A DNA stretch of 64,000 nt from a virus (lineage: Duplodnaviria; Caudoviricetes): the IMG/VR virus record IMGVR_UViG_3300021400_001319, positions 13,098-77,097 of that record, one strand, 5' to 3'. The translations under genes and the position numbers were made by a program. Under the pieces are notes generated by a model. It saw only the letters and a list, made by a program, of their open reading frames with translations, did not search any database and had not been told where the DNA came from. Below, piece by piece: positions 17,721 to 28,500 of this stretch. Numbering within the stretch: the first letter of the stretch is position 1; every line of letters begins with the position of its first letter.

Positions 17721-19334
17721 TTATGCATAAATTTGTTTAAATCCCGTAGCTGTTACAGGGTCGGTCTGCGTATAAACGTTATAGCTTACATCATCAACAG
17801 TAACATTAGTCTTTGTATATCCACTAATGTATTCAAACCCATTACCATCCTTGATGCTTGTAAGATTTCCAAATGAGGCAGGATAACAATAACAAGCCCT
17901 CTGATTATTTAAGGTGAAAGTAGCTGTCTGTCCCTTGCCTGTCTTAACGTTCTTTGTAAGTGCTACAATACCCGCTTTATCTGTAGGTGCTGTTGTTACT
18001 GCTCCATAATAAGAAGCCATTACAAATGTGTATGTAGCGGTCTTTTCAACACTTGCTGTGGTATCGTCTGATTTCTTGTATTCAAGGACACCCTTAACTG
18101 TTGTTGTAGATGATATAGCACCCATGGTGTATGTATATGTATTTGTTCCATCAACATAGGTCTTTGTATCAAGAAGAGTAGAACCGTTATAAAATTTGAT
18201 TGCTATTGGTGTTCCTGTTCCCTTATCAGTGATATTAAGTGTAAGTGTAGGTGTAACAGATGTGCCAACTTCCTTTACGCCACTTCCACTTGCTGAAAAC
18301 GTAGTTGTTGGTGCAATCTCAGTAATAAGAAGTTTCTGTGCAAATTCCGTAAACGTAGTTCCCTGTGAGAGTGTTGTTCCGCTTAATATAGCACCTACAG
18401 TAAGATTAGCGGTAACATCTGCTGTTAGTGTAGAATCACCACCGCCACTACTAGGCTGTACATTAGTCTGAACCCATGAATATGTTGCAGGGTCTTGTCC
18501 ATCAGAAACACACTCATAGAAATATCCATGAGTAAGTCCACCACCTGTAACACCTGTATATTCAAAGATTTTGCCCTCTAATTCAGCCGAAGGAGTGGAA
18601 AGGACAGAATACTGTACCTTATCCTGTTTACCTGCTAAAAGAGCCGTTAAATCAGTTGAGGTAACATAATCTGCAAGAGCAGTATTAAGTTCTGCCTTTG
18701 TTACATAATTTGAGAGGTCAACAGACGTACTTCCTATTTTCTCCCATCCTGCCGTCGTTCCGTCAAGGTTGATATACTCGTCCTTAACATCACTTGTCTG
18801 TGGGTCAGAACTTGGTACAAGATAGATTACATTTGTCTTGATATTTGTGGTTGGAAGTGAAGACACAACTTCAAAACGGCTATTCTTAATTGCCGTTACA
18901 ATAGTGTCTACCTCTGTCTTGCTATAAGTTTCTGTTTTAAGGTAGTAGTTTACAAGGTCATCAACAGACTTAGTGATGAAATCTGTTAAATCACTTGATT
19001 TAGCAAGCCCTAAATCGGATGCACTCTTATTTCCTACAAGAGTTACACCCTCAACCTGTGGTTTGTTATCTAAGTCTGCATAGTCATCTGTTCCGCTACC
19101 GCCACCCTCGGCTACTTCTTTCCAATTTTTAATGTCTGTTGGGTCATCCCCAATCAATCTATACTTTTTATCTTCTGCAACAACATATGTTTCCATACCC
19201 ACATACGGATATGGAAAGTTACCGCTAGTAGTTAATTCAGCTTTAGTAGCTACTTTATCTCTAGCGTCAAGAGGGGCAGATATAAGTGGTTCTATTGCTC
19301 CCGCTAATGAAAAGCTACCTTTTGTCCTAGCCAT
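17721..19334 (-). CDS. tail fibre/minor structural protein
   Basis: SD aaggagg before MARTKG at 19334; PLDAR motif; Y.DL.NKP motif; S/T-rich beta C-terminus. Confidence 0.7.
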   Translation of the reverse strand: MARTKGSFSLAGAIEPLISAPLDARDKVATKAELTTSGNFPYPYVGMETYVVAEDKKYRLIGDDPTDIKNWKEVAEGGGSGTDDYADLDNKPQVEGVTLVGNKSASDLGLAKSSDLTDFITKSVDDLVNYYLKTETYSKTEVDTIVTAIKNSRFEVVSSLPTTNIKTNVIYLVPSSDPQTSDVKDEYINLDGTTAGWEKIGSTSVDLSNYVTKAELNTALADYVTSTDLTALLAGKQDKVQYSVLSTPSAELEGKIFEYTGVTGGGLTHGYFYECVSDGQDPATYSWVQTNVQPSSGGGDSTLTADVTANLTVGAILSGTTLSQGTTFTEFAQKLLITEIAPTTTFSASGSGVKEVGTSVTPTLTLNITDKGTGTPIAIKFYNGSTLLDTKTYVDGTNTYTYTMGAISSTTTVKGVLEYKKSDDTTASVEKTATYTFVMASYYGAVTTAPTDKAGIVALTKNVKTGKGQTATFTLNNQRACYCYPASFGNLTSIKDGNGFEYISGYTKTNVTVDDVSYNVYTQTDPVTATGFKQIYA

Positions 19335-19367
19335 TTTTGCCTCCTTTAACAATGTATCTTGAATCTA

Positions 19368-20864
19368 TTAAGACCACTTAATTCTTATTTTTCTTGAACC
19401 TGTGGCTACGCCAAGATTGCAAAGATATTTTTTATAATTTACTGTATTTCCACCTGCATCTGTGTGAGTCGTGTCTGTTACAGTAAATTCACCCGCACAG
19501 TTTTCCCATTGATTTGACAAGGTATTAAGAACTTCTACTGCTGTGATAGTCCAACTTGTAGGGACGTGGAACTGTTCGGGATTGGTTGCTGTCTGTGCAG
19601 GGAAGTTATATTCTTTAAGTTTTGCACTCTTGCTTACCAAAGCTAATTTAGCCACGGTAGCTATATTAGCTGTATTAGCCCAAAGAGCGTCTACAAATTC
19701 GTAGTTTATTGTATTTGTATTCACGCTACCTGCGGGTAATGGAGAATTATAGTTATTTCCTTTAGAATCTTTAGGTTGTACTCCTGCTCCATATGCTACA
19801 GAGCCTTGATATGATTTCTTTGCCTCTGTAACAGTAATACTAAATGTATTTCCCGCCTGTGAAGTACCATCCAATGTATAAGAAGTAGCCGAACCACTTC
19901 TATAGCTTGATTCAGCCGTATATTGAGGATTGATACTACCTCTGTTAAGCGTTAGAGTAAATGTTGTATTTAAGGTAGCACCCTTTTCAAGCAACTTCGC
20001 ACCTGTAGCTGTCATAGAAGCTGATGGGTTCGTAAGAGTTGGGTATAATGTAGGTTCGAGCATATCTCTTATGACAGTTTCAAGTGGTGTATCTTTTGCA
20101 TACTCTGTTCCTGCTTCTATTCCACCTACGGATATTGCAGTTGTTAAATCATCTGAAAGAACAGAACTACCACCCGATACATTGATATTTCTCCATGTTT
20201 CGGTTGCGGCATCATACGCAAGAACCTGTCCCTCTGTCGGATTAGTTAAATCAACATCCTCTAATCCGTCAAGTGTAGAACTTCCACCGCCACTGCCATC
20301 AAATACTTTTGCTGACTCTGAGCCAGTTTCGTTTGTGACTGTTACCCTTACGCCATCGCTCTCTCTTTGAAGGTCAATGGTAGGAGAGTATCCAGGATCG
20401 CCTTTTACACCAGCGATTGGCCCGTTATTTTTCCATTCCTCATCTTCCTCTAGCCATATATACAAGTCTGGGTTTTCATTTGTTCCTACAAAATATGCGT
20501 CACCCGGATCTCCAACAGGGTGTGCTGCTATAAGTTCTTCATATGTTGCATACTGTGCTTTTATGGAGAATGATTTTCCATCTGCGCCAGTATCACCCTT
20601 ATCACCTTTTACGGTGGGAACAATGCCTGATGTGGTTTCGGTTCTGCCATCTGAATATGTGATAACAAGATGTTTATTATCATCTACATCAACACTTGTT
20701 ACGGATACTCCATCTTCAGGCTGACGGAACTGATATGTAAGGGTCTGACCATCAGAGGTAATAAATGTCAGAAGCCCTTCATCTGATATTGAATAATTAC
20801 TGACGCCTGCAACAACTGAGGCAATCAAGGCTTTGCTTAAGACATAACTTTCTTCACCATTCAT
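19368..20864 (-). CDS. tail fibre protein with short collagen-like GxxGxxG repeats
   Basis: KGDKGDTGADG, KGDPG; C-terminal half paralogous to 17721-19334. Confidence 0.7.
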   Translation of the reverse strand: MNGEESYVLSKALIASVVAGVSNYSISDEGLLTFITSDGQTLTYQFRQPEDGVSVTSVDVDDNKHLVITYSDGRTETTSGIVPTVKGDKGDTGADGKSFSIKAQYATYEELIAAHPVGDPGDAYFVGTNENPDLYIWLEEDEEWKNNGPIAGVKGDPGYSPTIDLQRESDGVRVTVTNETGSESAKVFDGSGGGSSTLDGLEDVDLTNPTEGQVLAYDAATETWRNINVSGGSSVLSDDLTTAISVGGIEAGTEYAKDTPLETVIRDMLEPTLYPTLTNPSASMTATGAKLLEKGATLNTTFTLTLNRGSINPQYTAESSYRSGSATSYTLDGTSQAGNTFSITVTEAKKSYQGSVAYGAGVQPKDSKGNNYNSPLPAGSVNTNTINYEFVDALWANTANIATVAKLALVSKSAKLKEYNFPAQTATNPEQFHVPTSWTITAVEVLNTLSNQWENCAGEFTVTDTTHTDAGGNTVNYKKYLCNLGVATGSRKIRIKWS

Positions 20865-20882
20865 AGGTGGGTCCCCCTTTCT

Positions 20883-21110
20883 TTACAGTTCCGTCCATAC
20901 GTCCTGCGAGTTTAAGATGTAATACTTTGAACCCCCAAGCACAAGGCAAGAGGAACCTTTGGCTACTTTCTGACAAGACACATTATCGTTGCCCTGTTGT
21001 ACGCCCAATCTAGTAGAGGTAGGCAGCTTAGATACGTCATCTACACTGTCAGCGTAAAAGGCTTTACAATTGCCACGCATATCTGGATTATTTTCATTTA
21101 TCCAATACAT
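20883..21110 (-). CDS. small hypothetical protein
   Basis: 75-aa ORF in the late operon. Confidence 0.6.
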   Translation of the reverse strand: MYWINENNPDMRGNCKAFYADSVDDVSKLPTSTRLGVQQGNDNVSCQKVAKGSSCLVLGGSKYYILNSQDVWTEL

Positions 21111-21131
21111 GTTATTTCCTCCGTATAAAAA

Positions 21132-21154
21132 GGAGAGGGCAGTTCACCCTCTCC
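21132..21154 (-). terminator. intrinsic terminator
   Basis: GGAGAGGG-TGAACTG-CCCTCTCC-TTTTT. Confidence 0.7.
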
Positions 21155-21199
21155 GTTGATAGTCACATTATCCTTTTATTCTTATGTAAAATTGTTGTT

Positions 21200-21556
21200 T
21201 TACTGAACTTCCTGCATTACGCCAATTACGGCTGCTCTTATATTGGGATTTGTTTCTAACTGGTTCTTCATCCATTCAAGAGCTTCATCTACCATTTCAG
21301 AAAATTGTTCAAACGTTAGTATTTTTGTGATGAATGGAAACTGCGCCGTGGCCATCGACCAGATCATCTGTAATTTTAACTTCCCGGTATTCGCTCCAAG
21401 CGCTTTTTCTGTAACAGTAACTGCGTATTTCAGCCATTCGCGGATAGCTTATATTTTCTGCTCTTTATCTTTATTAACGAACCTGCTTCCTGCAACGACT
21501 GCTCCAAGTACTATGATTAGAAGTCCTACTATAGTTACCAAATTGTTTATTTCCAT
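21200..21556 (-). pseudogene. LL-H-family holin interrupted by an in-frame TAA at codon 36
   Basis: MEINNLVTIVGLLIIVLGAVVAGSRFVNKDKEQKI*AIREWLKYAVTVTEKALGANTGKLKL...FSEMVDEALEWMKNQLETNP; TAA at 21449-21451. Confidence 0.8.
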
Positions 21557-21606
21557 AATATTTTTCCTTTCAATCTTTGCTATCCCTTATAAGGGAGGTT
21601 ACTGAA

Positions 21607-22023
21607 TTATAAAAACTTGTAGTGCGGCTTTTCACCGCCAAAGAACCAATACTCCAAGTAGTCATCTAGGACTATTGCTATAGCACATAATGGTAGCCAT
21701 ATGATTGCAAATAGTAAGCATACCTGGCCCATGATATTGAATGGCATATCAGAATAATCCCAAACATTAAGTCCTAAAAGAATGTTCAGAATAAATCCAA
21801 ACACAAATTCACAAGAAAGCACGAACAAATCTACTCTTAGTACTTGTCTCCAAAATGGTACTTGCCATTCTGTGCGCTTATTACTATAAGATGTGAATAC
21901 TCCAACTAAGCCCCCAACAAGAAACATGCTCCAATGTGAATGACCACGCCACGCAATCTCGATAAGAACATATAGCGTTCCAAAGATTACTAGAAGTACA
22001 ATATCCTTTATCCTTTCACTCAT
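21607..22023 (-). CDS. multi-TM membrane protein (putative ABC-transporter permease-like family)
   Basis: YVLIEIAWRGHSHWSMFLVGG...CEFVFG...VWDYSDMPFNIMGQVCL. Confidence 0.7.
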   Translation of the reverse strand: MSERIKDIVLLVIFGTLYVLIEIAWRGHSHWSMFLVGGLVGVFTSYSNKRTEWQVPFWRQVLRVDLFVLSCEFVFGFILNILLGLNVWDYSDMPFNIMGQVCLLFAIIWLPLCAIAIVLDDYLEYWFFGGEKPHYKFL

Positions 22024-22066
22024 AAATCACCTCATAAAAAGAGAGCAGAGTGGTTAGCTCTGCTCC

Positions 22067-23263
22067 CTATGCACCTTGCTGTTTACATATGGTTTTTATT
22101 TCTTTGTGATATTTCCACACATAACCACCACAAGTCTTTCTTTTTCCATTGCACACATCTGCAATATGTTCTCTTCCAATCTCCGCTTGTGCAGCGGAGA
22201 TAGAGGGATATGTTTTAACAAAATTGCCATCAAGAGTGAAACAATCGACTAATATAGCATTATTAGAGGTATAGTATTGGCGAGAATGTTTTAAGTTGTC
22301 TTGCAAATCAAAAGAGTATATGTAACCATGATAGCTATTTCTTCGATGCCTTAAATTATCAACAATTTTTTCACGCTCTTGAGGAGTACATTCAATTTGA
22401 TAAACATCGTTATACGAGGCAACCAAATTACCATTAAAAGAATATTTATACACCTTTTGGTTTCGATACTTGCATCTTGAATTATGAACATTTATAGTTT
22501 CTAGAATAAAACCACCATCACGCTTGTTAATAACATTATAATTAGCCAAGTACTTTTTGGATAAAGGAGTTACACTCCAATAATATCCATATGCGCTATT
22601 AGCTGAATGTTCGTCATCTAACACTTCAAAGATTTTTATAGCCCTGAATGATGTTTTGGACGCTAATTCTTTTAAGTTATTATACGTATGAACAAGATGC
22701 ATTTCCCTATCGTATTGATAAATCTTTTGTTTTGAACACAACTTAAACTCCATATATTTTGAAAGTTTAGGCAAAGGATATAAATCGATTGATTCACCCT
22801 TCTTTCTCCATATATACCCTCCTGCTGAAAGTGCCAATCCGTTAGCAGAGTTATATATTCCAGTATGCGAAACTCGTGTGCTATTAGATGCAGCTCTGAC
22901 AGATGAATAGCTTTTTAGAAAATTTCCCTTTATATCATAACAATCAACAGGAACACTAAGCCCATCATCTCCACCTTTTGATACATTGTATCCATATCGT
23001 TTGTCATACGTTTTAAAATGCGCAATAAACTTTTTTTCTAGATAATATGCTTCTGCTTTTGTTAGACACTCAATTAAGATTATATGAGTTATATTATCCC
23101 ATCCATATTTTTGTATAGCTCTCCAAAAATGTGCTTGAGTTTTATAACCACATCCAGTAGTACCCCACCTTTTTTGAGCGCCCATTCTTGTGATACCTAT
23201 ATATCTTTTGGCATTTGGGGTTTTGTGCATATAAAGACTATACTCTCTAGTTTCGTTATCCAT
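22067..23263 (-). CDS. free-standing GIY-YIG homing endonuclease with NUMOD1 repeats
   Basis: YSLYMH...RYIGIT, KRW, LEKKFI, GYN; repeated xVxCY/FxLxGxFxKxYxS modules. Confidence 0.88.
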   Translation of the reverse strand: MDNETREYSLYMHKTPNAKRYIGITRMGAQKRWGTTGCGYKTQAHFWRAIQKYGWDNITHIILIECLTKAEAYYLEKKFIAHFKTYDKRYGYNVSKGGDDGLSVPVDCYDIKGNFLKSYSSVRAASNSTRVSHTGIYNSANGLALSAGGYIWRKKGESIDLYPLPKLSKYMEFKLCSKQKIYQYDREMHLVHTYNNLKELASKTSFRAIKIFEVLDDEHSANSAYGYYWSVTPLSKKYLANYNVINKRDGGFILETINVHNSRCKYRNQKVYKYSFNGNLVASYNDVYQIECTPQEREKIVDNLRHRRNSYHGYIYSFDLQDNLKHSRQYYTSNNAILVDCFTLDGNFVKTYPSISAAQAEIGREHIADVCNGKRKTCGGYVWKYHKEIKTICKQQGA

Positions 23264-23278
23264 ATCATTCTTCCTATA

Positions 23279-24010
23279 TTAGTTCGCATTGTGTAAGCGA
23301 ATCAAATCTTTAAGAACATCAGATTGATATTCCTCTGGTGGAATCTGAGGGAAAGTAACGGCTAGAACATCTTCCTTGTTGTCCATGGATTCAATCCATA
23401 TGCGCTCATCCCTAAACAGAGTAACCATATATGTTACGTAGGACAATGCGGCATCTGTTATTAGCAGCATATCCTCTGCATCGTAATACTTACAAAACTC
23501 ACTATGGTCTGCTGTATGCCATGGGATTTTTTCAGCGCCTGCCTCTGCTAGAGCTCTCAAGCTGGCTAAAGATATTTGATCATGTACTGTAAAAGTAAAA
23601 TGTTCAACACTTCCATCTTTTAATGTTACATCAGTGCCCTCAGACACCATTGTCTCCATTATACTATTCAATTCAGATATATGCATCTCTTTAATTTCTT
23701 CTAGTGTTGGTATGTATGGTTCCGGAGCTGGCGGCCCTGGAACAAAGGGTTGCTCATGCCACTCGTCGGTAGGATCATCCGTGATAATAAATACATGATC
23801 GGGGACTTCCTCATGGTAAAGATATCTGTGCTTGGAAAAATCACTCATTACCATCTGATTTTTTTCGTTTAGTTCCTGAAACCCCAAAGCAATCATAGTT
23901 GTAATTGTAGAGATAGGAACTTTAAATGTCAGCTGTACTCTGTGTCCCTCAAGGGAGATATCAGCCTCCATTATGGATTCATTAGCTAAAAATTTCACTA
24001 AGCTCATCAT
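23279..24010 (-). CDS. tail-associated protein with a DUF4376-like C-terminus
   Basis: GTDVTLKDGSVEHFTFTVHDQISL...IPWHTADHSEFCKYY motif. Confidence 0.6.
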   Translation of the reverse strand: MMSLVKFLANESIMEADISLEGHRVQLTFKVPISTITTMIALGFQELNEKNQMVMSDFSKHRYLYHEEVPDHVFIITDDPTDEWHEQPFVPGPPAPEPYIPTLEEIKEMHISELNSIMETMVSEGTDVTLKDGSVEHFTFTVHDQISLASLRALAEAGAEKIPWHTADHSEFCKYYDAEDMLLITDAALSYVTYMVTLFRDERIWIESMDNKEDVLAVTFPQIPPEEYQSDVLKDLIRLHNAN

Positions 24011-24019
24011 TAACCTCCC

Positions 24020-24472
24020 TTACTGGTTAAAATAAAATACCTGCACTATCACGTTATTCTCCTGTGCTGGGAATGTGAGAGTGAGAGTAGTATCGGTGAG
24101 ACTCATTGCTGTAGGAGATACACCATATACATTTGTCCAAATATCAAAGTGAGTCGTGTTTCCGAAATTACTATTTGTAAATTCTAATTTTGTTGAACCA
24201 GCGGGAAGTGTTGCAGACACATATTGATTAACTCTCTTATAAATACTGGCAACTACAGTTGCGTCTGCAGCAAAACCCTCATTTAGAACGGATGTAGAAG
24301 TTGTGATACCGTTGATATCGCCTAGCTTTGCCTGTGCTGTTTTGCCATCGTTAAACTCAACATCTTCTGCACTCGTCCATAAAGATAATTGATTCCACAC
24401 AAAAGCACCCGGAGTGTTATCAACAAGAACTTTATAGGCTCGTCCTTTTATCTTATTTATCGTACTGCTCAT
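24020..24472 (-). CDS. minor tail protein
   Basis: Start MSSTINK at 24472 (SD aaagga); late operon. Confidence 0.6.
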   Translation of the reverse strand: MSSTINKIKGRAYKVLVDNTPGAFVWNQLSLWTSAEDVEFNDGKTAQAKLGDINGITTSTSVLNEGFAADATVVASIYKRVNQYVSATLPAGSTKLEFTNSNFGNTTHFDIWTNVYGVSPTAMSLTDTTLTLTFPAQENNVIVQVFYFNQ

Positions 24473-24491
24473 GTTTTGTTCCTTTCTGTTA

Positions 24492-24800
24492 TTAAGTCCA
24501 ACAATAACCCTCTTCTTTATCCGTTGGCTCAATATCATTGTAAGTTGTTAAGTCTGGCTTATCCGTACCATGAACGATGTAGTTTTCAATAGCTATTAAA
24601 CGTTCCTGAAGCATATTTAAAAGCCATGCTCCGTAAAATGAAATCTCATGTGTATTTAAGTATTCGCTTGCATCGCTATAATGGCCAATGGCAATCATTT
24701 CGTTGTATTGATCCATTATAGGCAACTTATCTATTGAAACGTCTTGAAAAAAACAAAGTTTATCAACATCGTCGGGAAAGACAGTTGAATAATCTTTCAT
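24492..24800 (-). CDS. baseplate-associated small protein
   Basis: MKDYSTVFPDDVD...; paralogous in style to 24812-25144. Confidence 0.55.
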   Translation of the reverse strand: MKDYSTVFPDDVDKLCFFQDVSIDKLPIMDQYNEMIAIGHYSDASEYLNTHEISFYGAWLLNMLQERLIAIENYIVHGTDKPDLTTYNDIEPTDKEEGYCWT

Positions 24801-24811
24801 GTCACACCTCA

Positions 24812-25144
24812 CTATTTGACTCCAAGCCACACATCATTTACAGATGGCTCTGTATCAGGCTCACCATCTTGATAATAGATCTGTTGCTTTTTAGCTTTTG
24901 CATATATTTCTATATTTCTAGTTTCCTCGTCTATGGTATTAAGATACTCACTTCCGAGCACATAAGGGGCAAGTATATCTTTGTACTCGTCAATCTTTCT
25001 AGCTGCTTGATCATACTTGCCCTGTGCTTGAAGGAGCTTAATCTGATTGATATATAATGCTACTGAATCGTCTGCATCTCTAAACTCATGACGGGTCATT
25101 ATCTGAGATGGGAACATGCTGTAATCGTGCGTATAAGAACTCAT
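24812..25144 (-). CDS. baseplate-associated small protein
   Basis: YSMFPSQI...; C-terminal YYQDGEP..SVNDVW. Confidence 0.55.
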   Translation of the reverse strand: MSSYTHDYSMFPSQIMTRHEFRDADDSVALYINQIKLLQAQGKYDQAARKIDEYKDILAPYVLGSEYLNTIDEETRNIEIYAKAKKQQIYYQDGEPDTEPSVNDVWLGVK

Positions 25145-25168
25145 AGTTATTCCTTTCTATCACGAGTT

Positions 25169-25507
25169 TTACTCCTCAGTAGCTTCAGGCTCTTCAAATG
25201 TTTCAACCCTTCCATCAGAGTATGTGATTGTATAAACATTTCCCTCTTTTGTGATAGACACAATAGTAATGGCAGGCGCAGGCTCGATGCTTGTCCACCA
25301 TTCACCGTCTATCCTATTGCCGTAAGAATCAAGGAGCATCACTGCAACGTTGTCGTAAACATCGCTCCCAACAAACTGAGACAATTTTAAAAAGTATTCT
25401 TTTTTGGCCAAGCCAAGATCATCAAACCTACCGGAGATTCTATAATCCCATGCATTATTTTGGCCATTATGGATTAGATATACTACTAAATAACAAGTAT
25501 CAATCAT
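25169..25507 (-). CDS. hypothetical protein
   Basis: 112-aa ORF in the late operon. Confidence 0.6.
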   Translation of the reverse strand: MIDTCYLVVYLIHNGQNNAWDYRISGRFDDLGLAKKEYFLKLSQFVGSDVYDNVAVMLLDSYGNRIDGEWWTSIEPAPAITIVSITKEGNVYTITYSDGRVETFEEPEATEE

Positions 25508-25519
25508 TTTTCATTCTCC

Positions 25520-28500
25520 TTATTTTAGAATCCTTAACTTACATACATCACCAGTTGCAGCACCATCAACAGTATAAGTAAGAGTTGTAGATGTTCCGCT
25601 TCCTGATTTGGCTACGCTCTTTATAGTTATCAATTTGTCTTGACAATACAAATCATAGCCGTAACTATCATTAAGTCCGCTAAAAGCAACGGTACCCGAG
25701 CTAGAAACAGTTGCCGTAGATGTCCATGTATCTGTAATGATATTGGCTGTGGCTGCAGAACTTGAATTTGCAGTAAATGTTGCCTTTGATGTTCCATTCT
25801 GTTGGATTGTTAATGTGGCATTGTTTACTGTTGGGTATGCAGGAAGTGATACTACGCCGCTTGATGGCGAATACGATGTTGTACCCACTTTAACAGATGT
25901 AACTGTTCCGGTGTTTGTTGTATACCCACTATCATTAGTCAGTTCGGAAACTTTAGTAGGAACTGTTATATTCGCAGTTGCGTTGGAACTCTGGTTAGCT
26001 GTGAATGTTTGGACATTAGTTCCATTTTTTTGTATTGTAAGTGTTCCGTTGTTAACTGTTGGAATAGTAGGTTTATTAGTGAGGTCATTATAACTTCCAC
26101 TAAACGAACTTGTTCCAGCACCAATATTCGCCCTTGCGTTGGATTTTTCTGTATCCGTAAGCCCTTGTGATGCTACAGTAGAAACTGCTTTAAAGTTTCC
26201 GACATTCCCAAGGCCGATGTTTGTAGCAGTTATGTTTACATTGCCTGTTCTATAAGAGCTTTCACTATTACCTTTTACGCCTGTTACGGCGCTACTTGTA
26301 ATATAACCACTATCATTAGTCAGTTCACTTGTTTTTGTGGGGACAGTTATGTTAGCCGTGGCATTACCACTCTGGTTTGCAGTAAATGTCTGTACATTAG
26401 TACCGTTTTTTTGGATAGTTAATGTTCCATTATTTACTGTTGCTGTACCAGAAGGAACTTGCCAGCTTCCATCAGCTCTTAGAAATTTGGTATTATAACC
26501 ATCTTTCGGGGGCACTGCATTAACATATCCTACGCTACCATTAGCCGATGACGTTGCTCCCACCATTGCGTTCCATGTATTGTTATCTTGTTGGGTAAAT
26601 GTTCCGGTAGTATTATCTAGGCATGTATAGGTAAAGGTCGTCCCGCTTCTTGTAATGCTCTTTATTGCCTTTGCGTCATAGTAACTCGGCTTACTTGATA
26701 CATTTCCCCATGCAACCGCACCGGCGCTATTTGCATAATTTGCTGTAGCTAGGTCAACGCTTGTAGCAGTAGCAGTTGGCGTACTGCTTTCTTTTGTTGT
26801 GCTGTTGTTAAGTGTATAGCTTGCAGTTTTTCCATTAGTGGAACTTTCCTGCAGAACAGTCCAAGTATCTCTGTAATACTGAGATCTTGTTATATTCTGG
26901 TAAATAGCCCAGTTATTGCCACTTGTATTTACTATGAAGTTTGCAAGCGTATATCCGTATCTTACAAGCCATCCGAACTTCTTGACTGTTAACGATGTTC
27001 CATTATCGCAACGTAAATCAAAAGTCAGTATTCCTGCGTTATAATCCGCCGTATTATGAACAGCAAAAATTAGTGATACGTTAGAATATCCTGTAAGGCT
27101 ACCACTGCAGACTTTATACCATCCAGCACTGGACGCTGCATCCGAGCCAACCTGTGATATTTGTGAGGTTATTCTGGAAGAATCACTTGCAGCAATGGTA
27201 ACTGTGCCACTTGAATTGGTTACAGTTACATTAGAACCTGCTTTTAGATTTAAAGCAGTAGTATTATTTCCCAATATCTCAGTACCATTGACTTGAATTG
27301 GTCTATGGGTATTGGTATCTGTGGCTGCAATAGTAACGTCACCACCTGATCCTGTTATGGTTACATTAGAACCGTTTTTAAGATTAAGCGCTGTTGTATT
27401 ATTACCAAGAGTCTGTGTACCATTGACGTTGATAGGTCTATGAGTGTCGGTATTTGTTGGATATGCAGGAAGTGATACAACACCACTTGTGGGATTATAT
27501 GCTGTGTTGCCTACTTTCACAGAGGTCACGGTTCCTGTATTTGTGGTATATCCACTATCATTTGTCAGCTCAGACACCTTTGTAGGCACAGTGATATTCG
27601 CAGTTGCATTAGAACTTTGGTTTGCTGTAAATGTCTGCACATTTGTTCCGTTCTTTTGAATAGTAAGAGTACCATTGTTTACTGTATAAGTATTGTTTTC
27701 CCAAGGTACATTGACAGAAAGGTTCCCGCTAGCGTCAAGTCCGACTGCGTATTCCCTACTAGAGGTACTACCCTTATCTGCCGCAGTCAAAGTGGATTTA
27801 GTTTCTGACTTCAGCTTTGCCTTGAGTGTACCGCTTCCGGTAATTGTTCCGCCGGTCAAGCCAGCACCGGTAGCAACTGACGTAACAGTTCCAACATTGG
27901 TTGTATAGCCACTATCATTTGTCAACTCAGATACCTTCGTAGGAACGGTGATATTTGCAGTTGCATCAGTATCTTGATTGGCAGTAAATGTCTGCACAGC
28001 TGTTCCATTCTTTTGAATTGTCAAAGTGGCATTATTTACTGTGGGCAGTGCCGCTGAAGTGATGAACCCACTATCATTAGTCAGTTCTGATGTTTTAGTT
28101 GGAACTGTTATGTTTGCGCTAACATCTTCGGTAGCATTAGCAGAGAAAGTCTTAACTGCAACTCCATTCTTTTGGATAGTAAGATTTGCATTACCTATCG
28201 TTGGTTTATTAGTTAGGTCATTATAGCTACCTGAGAAAGCCACTATCTTTAAATCATTAAAGAACTTCATTATTTTCCCAAACAATATAGAAAGGGTTTC
28301 TCCGCTTACTATATTTGTTCTTGTTGATGCTTGCGTGAAAGTAGGCGCTTGATCATTTGTTGCAACGTTAGGCACGTTGCCTAAACCTATATCTGATTTA
28401 GTGATATTGATATCGCCCACCCTATAAGAACTTTCTGCATCGCCCTTAACACCGGTTACAGTGTTCACCTGCGCACCAGCTTCTATACCCTCCAACTTAG

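Noticed and set aside
21449-21451. Genome-wide stop-codon reassignment
   Set aside because: TAA, TAG and TGA all terminate bona fide genes here; only one internal stop was seen.
22040-23280. GIY-YIG gene as part of an intron
   Set aside because: No P3/P7 core or splice-site signatures, and the flanking genes are complete.
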